Shown here: in pieces, positions 25,146 to 34,821 of the stretch
Position numbering within the stretch: the stretch's first letter is position 1
Layout: each line of letters opens with the position of its first letter
NCBI GenBank assembly: GCA_016935815.1
Contig: JAFGQH010000079.1
Location: 2,328-66,327, forward strand
Source of the DNA: Bacilli bacterium
GTDB taxonomy: Bacteria; Bacillota_I; Bacilli_A; Izemoplasmatales; Hujiaoplasmataceae
Length of the DNA stretch: 64,000 bases
Reading direction: 5' to 3'
Notes under the pieces: generated by a model
Seen by the model: only the letters and a program-made list of their open reading frames with translations
The model's database searches: none
What the model was told of the DNA's origin: nothing
Program-made: the position numbers and the translations under genes

Positions 25146-27804
25146 ATTTGTCTTGTTTTAAGAAATGATCAATAAATTCCTGAATCATTACTGGTTTCGA
25201 AATCAAATATCCCTGATGTTCCTGACAACCATATCGGATTGCCAAATCGACTTGTTCTTGGGTCTCAGTTCCTTCCACTAAAATGGTCAAACCAAGATTG
25301 TTGACAAGTTCTGTAATCATATGGAAGACCAAACCATCATCATTGTCCGGATAATCTTTTATGAAAACTCTGTCAATCTTCACTTTATCCACATGAATTT
25401 GTTTCAAGGAACCAAGAGCGGAAAATCCTTTTCCAAAGTCATCTAGAGCAATTATGATTTTTTTCGTGTGCAGGAACTCAATGATTTCATTGGTTTCATT
25501 CGTGTTATTGAGATAATTGCTTTCAGTGATTTCGAAGCAGAAGTGGTCCGTAGAAATGGGACTCTCTTCAATGATTCTGACGATGTCCTCCATGATTGGT
25601 TTGTTGAAGAAATCATAGGAGGTCATATTTACAGAAATGAGAAAATGTTCAGGAAGGATATCATGATATGGTTCAATATCCTGAATCACCTTCTGGACAA
25701 CCATTTTGCTTAAAGAACTGATGTGATAACTTTTTTCAATCTTTGGAATGAATTCATTCGGAGGAATGTTCCCCAAATGCTCATTGTGCCACCTTAGCAG
25801 GGCTTCCACTCCAATTGGACGGTTATCCAACAGACTTATTTGAACTTGATAATTCATATAGAATTCATCGTTTTTGAACCCATTTTCCAATTGTTGCGAG
25901 ATTTCATCGTCACGTAATAGATTCGGAGTCAAAGGTGGTGTGTATACCAAATACTTCTGTATTGTGCTTTGTTTCAAGGTTTCCATCGCCACAAAAGCGT
26001 TGTGAATCAAACTGACATATGAATCGGAATCGGTATGAATTTGATCGACGGAAATCAGGTATTTGATACTTCGATGAATCGATAGATTGATTGTGAACGT
26101 GTTTAGTATATGGCTAATTTCATCAATCATCTCTTCGATGGAATTCGTTGTCGTATCCAAATCATGCATCACCATCAAATATCCCGACCTTGGAATTGCA
26201 ATCTCAAATTGATCTCCCAATTGTTGCTTCAAGTAACTCGCGAGTCTGATCTGGATGTTGAATGGAAATAGGGATGAATGATCATTGGCAAAATTGATGA
26301 ACTCTCTAACGCGGATAACAAATAGCGTGGTGGAATTCACGATTATCGGCCTACCATCAAAGACTTGAGCTAACATTTTCAAACGATTTCGATAGATAAC
26401 ACTACCATCCTTGTTCAAAATCGTATCGTATGTGCTTGTGACAGAAGAGGTAGGATCAGAATAAATCCCGATGAAATGTTGAATGGTTCCTGAGAAAGTC
26501 GGAATCGCCTTCATCACCAATTGAGACAAAATATAGATTCCGGATTTGGTATGATTCCAAATCAGATCATCGAACATGTAATCATTGACTCCCACCTGAG
26601 AGAATCGTGGATCCGGTCTGACTGCAATGATGTCTTCTGGACTTTTTCCGAGGACTTCATCTACCGAGTAATCGAAGACGTTTTCAAAGGTATGATTGAT
26701 GTAAGTAATCTTTTTTTTGTTATCGGTTATCAATACTCCATCTTTATTGGTATTCGATAAATAGACATTTGCATTCAGCAGCACTTTATCATCGTTTCGA
26801 ATTTTCAAAACGACACCAAAGACCACAAAGACCAAGAATATGACAAGATCTAAAATATAGATAATATACTGATTTCGTAACAAGAAACTTCCATTTTCTT
26901 CGATTATCTGTTCAGTGTGCAGATAAGAATAGATCTGTAGGAATCCGGAATCGTTCGTCAATAAAGGTTCATATACCTCATCTATATGAATATCGGTAAA
27001 ACTGGCTTCTGTTGTATCTGTAATCTCGTACTCGGAGATTGTCAAGATATATTCTTCTGTTTGATTATCATAGATATACTGGAATAGATAACCATTACTG
27101 AATAATCCCAAATCCGTGAAAGAGTTGTTCTGCTCGGTGGATTCGATGAATATGGAAAGAATATGATAAGCATTATAATTAAAAACCAGGAAACCATCGG
27201 GGGATGAACTGGAATCAAACACAGGAACGATAAAACGTATGATAGGTTCATATGGAGTTACAAGAGATCCGTTCTCGACATTCAAGTCTAGGTACGAAAT
27301 ATAGAATTCACCTTCATTCATCGTCATGGCGCTTTGATAATAATAGGTGTCTGATTTGTTTTGGAGTTCGGATGATGGAATGATTTCGATCGAATCATCA
27401 TTTCGATTGATTCGGATCAATTCGTCTCCATCGCGATTCATATAGCGGATGCTCAAGAATTCTTCTTTGCTGCTAGCGATACGATAAAACAGTTGTTCAG
27501 CACCATCTAAGGTAACAGGATTTGGATTATCTACATACTCCGTGAATTCTCCTGCATTTTTCACGACTTGCATGTCATTGAAGGTATTGGTTATGCTTGT
27601 ACGTAAGACATAATCAACCAATGAAACTTCTTCATTAGCCAAGGAATGTTGCTGGGAGAGCAAGGCATCTTCTTCGCCGTCTACGACAAACAAATAACTG
27701 ATTGTTATCACAGTTAGAGTTAAAATCAATATGATGATGAGTAAACCGAAATGAGACCCCAATGTCTTCAAGTTAGCTTTGATTCGATTGCCAATAGCGC
27801 TCAT
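25144..27804 (-). CDS. Membrane sensor c-di-GMP phosphodiesterase: TM-Cache-TM-PAS-degenerate GGDEF-EAL
   Basis: Two TMs flanking a Cache-like domain (LQNKSDTYYY, YISYLDLNVE..PYEPIIR), PAS (GVLITD..ITYINHTF..GKSP), EALLRW, EITES, DDFGKGFS, KIDR, EGTET, QGY. No GGDEF motif. Confidence 0.85.
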   Translation of the reverse strand: MSAIGNRIKANLKTLGSHFGLLIIILILTLTVITISYLFVVDGEEDALLSQQHSLANEEVSLVDYVLRTSITNTFNDMQVVKNAGEFTEYVDNPNPVTLDGAEQLFYRIASSKEEFLSIRYMNRDGDELIRINRNDDSIEIIPSSELQNKSDTYYYQSAMTMNEGEFYISYLDLNVENGSLVTPYEPIIRFIVPVFDSSSSPDGFLVFNYNAYHILSIFIESTEQNNSFTDLGLFSNGYLFQYIYDNQTEEYILTISEYEITDTTEASFTDIHIDEVYEPLLTNDSGFLQIYSYLHTEQIIEENGSFLLRNQYIIYILDLVIFLVFVVFGVVLKIRNDDKVLLNANVYLSNTNKDGVLITDNKKKITYINHTFENVFDYSVDEVLGKSPEDIIAVRPDPRFSQVGVNDYMFDDLIWNHTKSGIYILSQLVMKAIPTFSGTIQHFIGIYSDPTSSVTSTYDTILNKDGSVIYRNRLKMLAQVFDGRPIIVNSTTLFVIRVREFINFANDHSSLFPFNIQIRLASYLKQQLGDQFEIAIPRSGYLMVMHDLDTTTNSIEEMIDEISHILNTFTINLSIHRSIKYLISVDQIHTDSDSYVSLIHNAFVAMETLKQSTIQKYLVYTPPLTPNLLRDDEISQQLENGFKNDEFYMNYQVQISLLDNRPIGVEALLRWHNEHLGNIPPNEFIPKIEKSYHISSLSKMVVQKVIQDIEPYHDILPEHFLISVNMTSYDFFNKPIMEDIVRIIEESPISTDHFCFEITESNYLNNTNETNEIIEFLHTKKIIIALDDFGKGFSALGSLKQIHVDKVKIDRVFIKDYPDNDDGLVFHMITELVNNLGLTILVEGTETQEQVDLAIRYGCQEHQGYLISKPVMIQEFIDHFLKQDK

Positions 27805-27871
27805 ATAATCTCCTTCATATTTTTCCCTAATTTCATTATATCACAAAAGAAAGAATCGACCCAAATTCAAT

Positions 27872-27899
27872 AAAAAGCCATGTGATAAATACACATGGC
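27872..27899 (-). terminator. Intrinsic terminator after P-type ATPase
   Basis: Minus strand GCCATGTG-loop-CACATGGC-TTTTT. Confidence 0.75.
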
Positions 27900-27905
27900 A
27901 TAGGA

Positions 27906-30032
27906 TTAATCTAGATTGAGATAACGCTTTTGATAGATGATCCTCAATGCATTTAACACACAAAGAATCGCAACTCCCACATCAGCGAAAATGGATAACC
28001 ACATCCACATGAATCCAAGAGTGGACATAACTAAGAATCCAATTTTTATTGTAAGACTGAATAGTATGTTTTCAAATGAGATTCTTCGAGTCTTTTCAGC
28101 GATTTTCATTGCTTTCTTCAAAAGGCGAATATCATTGTTGATGATGATAATATCGGATACTTCAATCGCTAAATCCGTTGCGGATCCAAGGGATACTCCG
28201 ATATCTGCATTCTTCAATAACGGTGCGTCATTGATTCCATCGCCGACAAACAACGATACAGAATTTGTACGGATCTCATTGAATTTTTCCAACTTTTGTT
28301 CCGGCAATAATTCCGCATAATATTCCACTCCACCGAGTTGCATTGCAATATCTCTTGCAGAGGTTTCATTATCTCCTGTCAACATCACGGTATCGTAATG
28401 CTGAGTGAAATCTCGAATGGTTTCCATTGAAGTTTCTTTGAGCTCATCTTTGACTAGAATATAACCGATAAATTCTTTATCCAATGAAACAAAAGTATAG
28501 GAACCAACATCGATTTTGTCGATGTCGACGACGATGCCGTTCTTTTCCAAAAAGGCTTTGGATCCCGCTAGGAGAACCTGCTTGTTATGCATACCTGAAA
28601 TTCCATATCCAGGAATTTCTTTGATATTTTTAATGGTATAGATTGGTTCTTTGTTATACTCCACTATCGCTCTTGCGATTGGATGATTTGAGAAGTGCTC
28701 AATCGAAGCCGCCAATCGCAGAGCCTCTGGATTACTGACATGTTTGACGAAAAAGTCTCCATATGTCAAAGTACCGGTTTTATCCAATGCGATCGTTTCA
28801 ACTTCAGTAATCAAATGCAAATACTGCGACCCTTTAAATAGGATTCCGTTCTTTGCAGCGGTACCGATTCCTGCGTAGTAAGAAAGAGGAACCGACAGAA
28901 CCAAAGAACAAGGACAAGATATAACGAGGAAAATAGCAGCCTTGTAAATGTACCCATTTGGATTAGGATCGGTGACATGAGTCGGATCAAAGATGACACC
29001 ATATAGAACCAAAAGTAAAGCTAAGCCAACCACGATCGGTGTATAGACTTTGGCAAACTTGCTGATAAACATCTCACGTTTCGATTTGGAATTTGTGGAA
29101 TTCTCAATCAAATCGATGATTTTCGCCAACGTCGAATTCTTGTATTCTTTTGTGACTTCTAGATGAATGACATCTCCGACATTGATATTGCCACTTAATA
29201 CTTCGTCTCCGACATCCACTGTACGAAGTTTTGCTTCCCCTGTCAATTCAGATGTATTCAGTGATGTCGAACCGGATTTGACGATTCCATCTACAGGAAT
29301 ACGTTCTCCGTTTTTGATGACTACTTCATCTCCAACTTCAATCAGAGAAGGATCTTTTACAATGATTTTCCCATTGACCAGGACATTTGCATATTCCACT
29401 TTCAGATCGACTAGAGATGAAATTTCGTTTTTGGAGTGTGCTACCGCTCTGTTTTGCAAATATTCACCAAAGGAATACAGAATAACGACTGCGACACTCT
29501 CTTCATATTTCCCAATGAACATAGCAGCGACTGTCGCAATGATCATCAATGTATTTTCGTTGAAGATATCAAACTTCTTGATTCCTTTGATTTGTTGTGT
29601 CAACAATTTTGAAATCAGAAGTAGATATCCGATCCAGTACATGATGCTCTTCAAAGGATCATGAAGTGGTGTCAGATTGGTTCCAAAAATATTGTTGATG
29701 AAAGGGAAAATCCGAAAGCCAAAAAACGTTATTGAAATCAATAACATGCCTAGTAATACAAATTTATATTCTTGAAAGAAATTAATTTTCTTTATGACGA
29801 CTTTTTCTTCATAATAATGTGTAATGATATTGTCTTCTAAAACGTCAACGATTTCTTTGATTTCCTTCAAAGCCTTTTGTTCTTCGTAATCTTCTTTAAA
29901 GTCAACCAATAATATCTGTTTTGCGTAATTGAAAGAAGCACTGTTTACATATGGCAGACGACTGGTTCTGCGTTCTACTTTGTTAATGCAATTAGAACAT
30001 GTCAAGTTCTCCATTGCGATTTTTCTAACCAT
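27906..30032 (-). CDS. cadA: Heavy-metal P1B-type ATPase (Zn/Cd/Pb, CadA/ZntA-like)
   Basis: N-terminal CSNC HMA motif, LTGE, SCPC, DKTGTLT, HP, GDGIND, and TM Lys/ADVG P1B-2 signature. Confidence 0.88.
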   Translation of the reverse strand: MVRKIAMENLTCSNCINKVERRTSRLPYVNSASFNYAKQILLVDFKEDYEEQKALKEIKEIVDVLEDNIITHYYEEKVVIKKINFFQEYKFVLLGMLLISITFFGFRIFPFINNIFGTNLTPLHDPLKSIMYWIGYLLLISKLLTQQIKGIKKFDIFNENTLMIIATVAAMFIGKYEESVAVVILYSFGEYLQNRAVAHSKNEISSLVDLKVEYANVLVNGKIIVKDPSLIEVGDEVVIKNGERIPVDGIVKSGSTSLNTSELTGEAKLRTVDVGDEVLSGNINVGDVIHLEVTKEYKNSTLAKIIDLIENSTNSKSKREMFISKFAKVYTPIVVGLALLLVLYGVIFDPTHVTDPNPNGYIYKAAIFLVISCPCSLVLSVPLSYYAGIGTAAKNGILFKGSQYLHLITEVETIALDKTGTLTYGDFFVKHVSNPEALRLAASIEHFSNHPIARAIVEYNKEPIYTIKNIKEIPGYGISGMHNKQVLLAGSKAFLEKNGIVVDIDKIDVGSYTFVSLDKEFIGYILVKDELKETSMETIRDFTQHYDTVMLTGDNETSARDIAMQLGGVEYYAELLPEQKLEKFNEIRTNSVSLFVGDGINDAPLLKNADIGVSLGSATDLAIEVSDIIIINNDIRLLKKAMKIAEKTRRISFENILFSLTIKIGFLVMSTLGFMWMWLSIFADVGVAILCVLNALRIIYQKRYLNLD

Positions 30033-30071
30033 AGGTATACCTACTCTTCTTGATACTCATGCTAACTATAT

Positions 30072-30099
30072 ATTATACTGTATAATCTTATGTTGTCAA
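30072..30099 (-). promoter_or_regulatory. SigA-type promoter of cadA
   Basis: Minus strand TTGACA-16 nt-TATAAT. Confidence 0.65.
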
Positions 30100-30184
30100 A
30101 TAAACAAGCAAAATAATCCCGATTTAATTTGATTCAAAAAACCGCCTAGATATGTTAAAATATGTATGAAGGAATGTGATAAAA

Positions 30185-31537
30185 ATGAACTGGTTAGAAA
30201 TTGCAAAGAATTATGAAGAGGAATTTGTAGACTTAACAAGAAAACTGCTCCAAATTCCTACTGTTTTAGAAACATTTGATCCAGATAACATCGATGAACC
30301 ATTTGGGCCTGAAATTCGAAAAGCATTGGATTTCATGCTCGACTTGGGAGAAAAGGATGGATTCATTGTAAAAAACATAGATAACTATGCTGGACACATC
30401 GAATTTGGTGAAGGAGAAGAAGTACTTGGTGTACTCGGACATCTGGATGTTGTCCCTGCCGGAGGCAAGTGGGACAATCCTCCATTTTCTGCGACAATCA
30501 AGGATGGAAAAATCTACGCTAGAGGCGCTATGGACGACAAAGGGCCAACGATTGCCGCTTATATCGCAATGAAAATGATCAAAGACCAAGGAATTGGATT
30601 GAATAAAAAAGTCAGATTGATTCTCGGTTGTGATGAAGAATCCGGCATGAGAGGTGTCTTACGATATCTAGAGAAAGAAAAAATGCCTGACATTGGGTTT
30701 GCACCGGACGCGGAATTTCCTTTGATCTACGCGGAAAAAGGAATCTATACCTATAATTTCCTCGGTGAGCAAACCGATGAATGGACCGAATCAATGACAG
30801 CGGGAGAACGTTATAACGTTGTGCCTGATGAATGTGTTGTAGTATTGAAAAAAGATTTAAGAACAGAATTCGAAGCCTACTGCAAAGCCAACGATTACGT
30901 GGGAAGAGTGGAAGGAAACACATATACGATTATTGGTCAGAATGCACATGCAGCAATGCCGTTCTTAGGAGTCAATGCCATCAGTTTGATGACCAACTTC
31001 TTGAAAGAGCATTCCAAAGCTCCATTCATTCATTTCATTGATGAGTTCTTATCATTTGATCACTATGGAAATAAACTCGGTTTATCTTGTTTTGATAAAG
31101 AAATGAAGGAATTAACCAACAACTTGGCATATATCCACTATGACGGTTTGAAAGTCAATATCGGATGCAATATCCGCTATCCTCGCAATTATGATTTCGC
31201 GGCTGGCGAAATCAAAATGACAGAAGCAGCCAACCAGCATTCATTGGAATATGCATTAAAGAAAAATTCTGTACCGCATTATGTTTCCCCAAAAGATCCG
31301 TTGATCCAAATTTTAATGGAATCCTACCAAAAATACAGTGGTGATAACAAATCAGAAATGATTACCATCGGTGGAGGCACCTATGCAAGACAACTCTCCA
31401 AGGCGGTAGCTTTTGGAGCGTTGTTCCCTGGTGAAGAAGAACTAGCTCATCAACCAAACGAATTTCTGGATATCAAGAAAATGTTGACTGCGATAGCAAT
31501 CTACGCAGAAAGCATCGAACGTTTGGCTGGAAATTAA
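30185..31537 (+). CDS. pepV: Dipeptidase PepV (M20A)
   Basis: GHLDVVP, ARGAMDDKGP, GCDEESG, PDAEFPLIYAEKG, GGGTYAR, HQPNE. Confidence 0.92.
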   Translation: MNWLEIAKNYEEEFVDLTRKLLQIPTVLETFDPDNIDEPFGPEIRKALDFMLDLGEKDGFIVKNIDNYAGHIEFGEGEEVLGVLGHLDVVPAGGKWDNPPFSATIKDGKIYARGAMDDKGPTIAAYIAMKMIKDQGIGLNKKVRLILGCDEESGMRGVLRYLEKEKMPDIGFAPDAEFPLIYAEKGIYTYNFLGEQTDEWTESMTAGERYNVVPDECVVVLKKDLRTEFEAYCKANDYVGRVEGNTYTIIGQNAHAAMPFLGVNAISLMTNFLKEHSKAPFIHFIDEFLSFDHYGNKLGLSCFDKEMKELTNNLAYIHYDGLKVNIGCNIRYPRNYDFAAGEIKMTEAANQHSLEYALKKNSVPHYVSPKDPLIQILMESYQKYSGDNKSEMITIGGGTYARQLSKAVAFGALFPGEEELAHQPNEFLDIKKMLTAIAIYAESIERLAGN

Positions 31538-31538
31538 G

Positions 31539-32192
31539 ATGCGGCTTCGCAATGTAAAACATGCGAAAGAAACCTTGCAAATACACCCTGATATTTTAAT
31601 TCCTCATCCGGAGAAGATGAAAGGGAAATGGAACAGCGTATTTGCCAATGAGAATCCGATTCATGTGGAAATCGGTTGCGGAAAAGGTAAGTTTATTGTT
31701 GAATCGGCAATGAAACATCCGGATATCAATTATATTGGGATTGAGAAATTCGATTCCGTTATCCTGAGAGCTTTGGAAAAGTTGATCGAAAAACCAATTC
31801 CCAACGTGCGATTGATTCGGATGGACGCAGAAACAATCGAAACGGTATTTCAACAAAGAGAGGTATCCGTCATCTATCTGAATTTCTCGGACCCATGGCC
31901 GAAAAAACGGACTGCAAAACGAAGATTGACCAGCGCAAGGTTTTTGAATCGCTATTTGAATATTATGAAATTGAATTCTTCCATCAAAATAAAAACTGAC
32001 AATTACAGTTTGTTCGAGTTTTCCATGATGGAATTCAATCATCATCCACAATATCAAATTGAAGAAGTTAATCTTGATTTATACAGAAGATTACCAGAAG
32101 ATAATGTACAAACTGAATTTGAAGAAAAATTCGTGGCTCAAGGGAATCGTATTTACTCTCTTGATGTCACTTGCAGAGGAGTTTTGAAATGA
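31539..32192 (+). CDS. trmB: tRNA (guanine46-N7)-methyltransferase
   Basis: MRLR, EIGCGKG, LNFSDPWPK..RRLT, KTDN, TEFEEKF. Confidence 0.95.
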   Translation: MRLRNVKHAKETLQIHPDILIPHPEKMKGKWNSVFANENPIHVEIGCGKGKFIVESAMKHPDINYIGIEKFDSVILRALEKLIEKPIPNVRLIRMDAETIETVFQQREVSVIYLNFSDPWPKKRTAKRRLTSARFLNRYLNIMKLNSSIKIKTDNYSLFEFSMMEFNHHPQYQIEEVNLDLYRRLPEDNVQTEFEEKFVAQGNRIYSLDVTCRGVLK

Positions 32193-33253
32193 AACGATAT
32201 TACGAAGAATTGGTGAATTTACCAGGAGTATCATCTCATGAAAAATACATCAGAAATTATATGAGAAAGCATTTGGAACCAAATGCCGAAGAGATCGTTC
32301 AAGACAATTTAGGATCCATTTTTGGAGGGATTAATCTAGATTTGGAAGGGCCTACCGTCATGCTCGCAGGCCATATGGACGAAGTTGGTGCCATGGTAGA
32401 GGAAATCACTTCCAAAGGAACCATCAAGATGTTGTCAATCGGAGGGATTTCTCCGACTGTGATGATATCGCAACACATGGATGTCATCTTGGATGATGGT
32501 TCGAAAATTCCAGGAGTGGTTGGTGCGAAACCCCCTCATCTATTGAGAGACAATAAAACACAACAGGTTTCGAGCTTTGATGATTTCTTCTTGGATATTG
32601 GAGCGGATGATTACCAACATGCTGTTGATTTAGGTGTTAAAATCGGTCAACAGATTGTCTTTCGTAACGATTACACTGTCTCCGCAGATGGTAAGAAGAT
32701 TTTCTCCAAAGCCTGGGATGACCGCTTCGGATGTGCAATGTCTTTGGATATCTTGGAAAGCGTGAAGAAAGAAGAGTTGCCTTGCCGCTTCTATGCCGGT
32801 GCGAATGTGCAAGAAGAAGTTGGACTACGCGGAGCACAAACCTCCTCCTTCAAAATCAAACCAGATTTGTTTATCGCTGTTGACTGTTCTCCTTGTCAGG
32901 ACACTTTTACTGAAACAAAAGTAGGAGGAACCTTAGGTGCTGGATTCTTGGTTCGTTTTTACGATCCAAGAGCAATCTTGCATCAGGGAATGAAACAGTT
33001 CATCGAAGAAACGGCCAAAGCCAATAACATACCATTCCAATATTATAAATCCATGGGTGGAACTGACGCAGCAGCTGTGCAGTTATCACGAGAAGGGGTT
33101 TTGGTATGCACAATTGGTATGCCAGCAAGATATATTCACTCAACAACATCAATTATTCATAAAGATGATTACGAAGCAGTTAGAAATGTCATCCTAGCAA
33201 TGCTGAAACAACTCGATTATAACAAGATCAACGAAATCAAAAACAACGGTTGA
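32189..33253 (+). CDS. M42 family aminopeptidase (glutamyl aminopeptidase-like)
   Basis: GHMDEVG, KAWDDR, QEEVGLRGA, GGTDA, RYIHS; ATG 32189 overlaps the trmB stop. Confidence 0.92.
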   Translation: MKRYYEELVNLPGVSSHEKYIRNYMRKHLEPNAEEIVQDNLGSIFGGINLDLEGPTVMLAGHMDEVGAMVEEITSKGTIKMLSIGGISPTVMISQHMDVILDDGSKIPGVVGAKPPHLLRDNKTQQVSSFDDFFLDIGADDYQHAVDLGVKIGQQIVFRNDYTVSADGKKIFSKAWDDRFGCAMSLDILESVKKEELPCRFYAGANVQEEVGLRGAQTSSFKIKPDLFIAVDCSPCQDTFTETKVGGTLGAGFLVRFYDPRAILHQGMKQFIEETAKANNIPFQYYKSMGGTDAAAVQLSREGVLVCTIGMPARYIHSTTSIIHKDDYEAVRNVILAMLKQLDYNKINEIKNNG

Positions 33254-33315
33254 TCTGTTACAATAAAAAAATACTTGTGAGACCACATAAGTGGCTTGGA
33301 AAGGAAAATGAAAAA

Positions 33316-33984
33316 ATGACTGAAAAAAGAGTAATGTCGAAACGCGATAAAACGCGTGAAATGACAATCATCGCAATGTTCATGGCGATTATTGTCGTGA
33401 TGGGGTTCGTACCACAAATCGGATTCATCACAATTTTTGCAGTATCAGCGACCCTGATACACATCCCGGTATTGATTGGGGGAGCCCTTCTCGGTAGAAG
33501 AGCGGGCATCATACTCGGTCTTACCTTTGGAGCGGTGTCTTTGATTCGTGGAGCGACGAGCGGGGGATTTGACTTCGTATTTGTATTCCCTTGGGTATCC
33601 ATCTTGCCGCGATTCATCTTTGGACTTTTGATCTATGATGTCTATCATTTCTTTAATAAATTGATCAAAGCTCGAATCGTAGCCTTGTCTGTTAGTTTCT
33701 TATTGTTATCACTATTGCACTCCGTTATGGTATTGCCTATGATGGTAACTACATTTCCAATCATTGTCAACAATGCTAGTTTGGGTGAAATTGTCGGTGG
33801 AGATTACCTAACTTTGATGCAAGATACAAATTCTTTGAGTTTGGCTCTCAAGTTGATATGGGGAGTCTTAATCACCAATAGTTTAGTAGAAGCGGCCTTG
33901 GCAGCATCTGTCGGTGCGATTGTCGCGGACAGATTGATTCAATACCTAAAATTCAACAACAATACTGTAATGAGAAGTGAGTGA
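33316..33984 (+). CDS. panT: ECF transporter S component, probably pantothenate-specific
   Basis: GFI..ATLIHIPVLIG, G.xFG..S, PWVSILPR, N..EA motifs; directly upstream of coaX. Confidence 0.8.
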   Translation: MTEKRVMSKRDKTREMTIIAMFMAIIVVMGFVPQIGFITIFAVSATLIHIPVLIGGALLGRRAGIILGLTFGAVSLIRGATSGGFDFVFVFPWVSILPRFIFGLLIYDVYHFFNKLIKARIVALSVSFLLLSLLHSVMVLPMMVTTFPIIVNNASLGEIVGGDYLTLMQDTNSLSLALKLIWGVLITNSLVEAALAASVGAIVADRLIQYLKFNNNTVMRSE

Positions 33985-34742
33985 TTTACGTGAATACGGT
34001 AATTGATATTGGCAATACCACGATAGCAATTGGTTTATCAAAAGATGGGAAAACGATCGACAAAGTGTATCGCTTGAATACGGAAAAGAATCGATCCTAT
34101 GATGAGTATGGCGTTTTGTTGAAAGACTTTATTCCAACTTGTAGTGCTGCTATGATTTCTTCTGTTGTTCCAGAATTGAACGAAGTTTTCAGAGAATACT
34201 TTGAAAATCATTGTGGTGTCACGCCGCTATTTTTGGGACAAGGTGTGAAAACCGGTATTCAAATCATGTCAGACAACCCAAAAGAGGTTGGGGCGGATTT
34301 GATTGGAAATACGGTAGCTGCAACGTCACTCTATGATGAGACGTGTTTGATCATTGATTTGGGAACGGCTACGACATTCACTTATGTAGAAAAGAAAATC
34401 TTAAAAGGTGTCATAATCTCAACTGGATTAACAACCAGCAAAGACGCTTTGATCAACAAAGCATCATTGCTACCGCAAATCGAGTTGACACCGCCAAAGA
34501 AATTACTTGGAACAAACTCTGCCGACTGTATCAAATCCGGTTTGCTATACGGACATGCTTCTATGATTGATGGAATGATCCGCCGAATCAAAGAAGAAGT
34601 ACACAATCAGGATTTGACGGTTATTTTAACAGGTGGACATGCGAAAATAGTCTATCCATTGACTCAGGAGAAAATGATCAAAGATGAAATTTTGATCCTT
34701 AAGGGGTTGCTTCTGGTAATCGGAAAGAATTTCAATTCATAA
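33981..34742 (+). CDS. coaX: Type III pantothenate kinase
   Basis: IDIGNT, SSVVP, EVGAD, IDLGTATT, TGG. Confidence 0.95.
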   Translation: MIYVNTVIDIGNTTIAIGLSKDGKTIDKVYRLNTEKNRSYDEYGVLLKDFIPTCSAAMISSVVPELNEVFREYFENHCGVTPLFLGQGVKTGIQIMSDNPKEVGADLIGNTVAATSLYDETCLIIDLGTATTFTYVEKKILKGVIISTGLTTSKDALINKASLLPQIELTPPKKLLGTNSADCIKSGLLYGHASMIDGMIRRIKEEVHNQDLTVILTGGHAKIVYPLTQEKMIKDEILILKGLLLVIGKNFNS

Positions 34743-34747
34743 TCCTT

Positions 34748-34776
34748 AAAAATGCACAAGATTTGTGCATTTTTTT
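34748..34776 (+). terminator. Intrinsic terminator after coaX
   Basis: AAAAATGCACAA-gat-TTGTGCATTTTTTT. Confidence 0.8.
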
Positions 34777-34821
34777 ATCTGATGTGGTACAATAAAATAA
34801 CAACACATGGTGGTGAACAAA

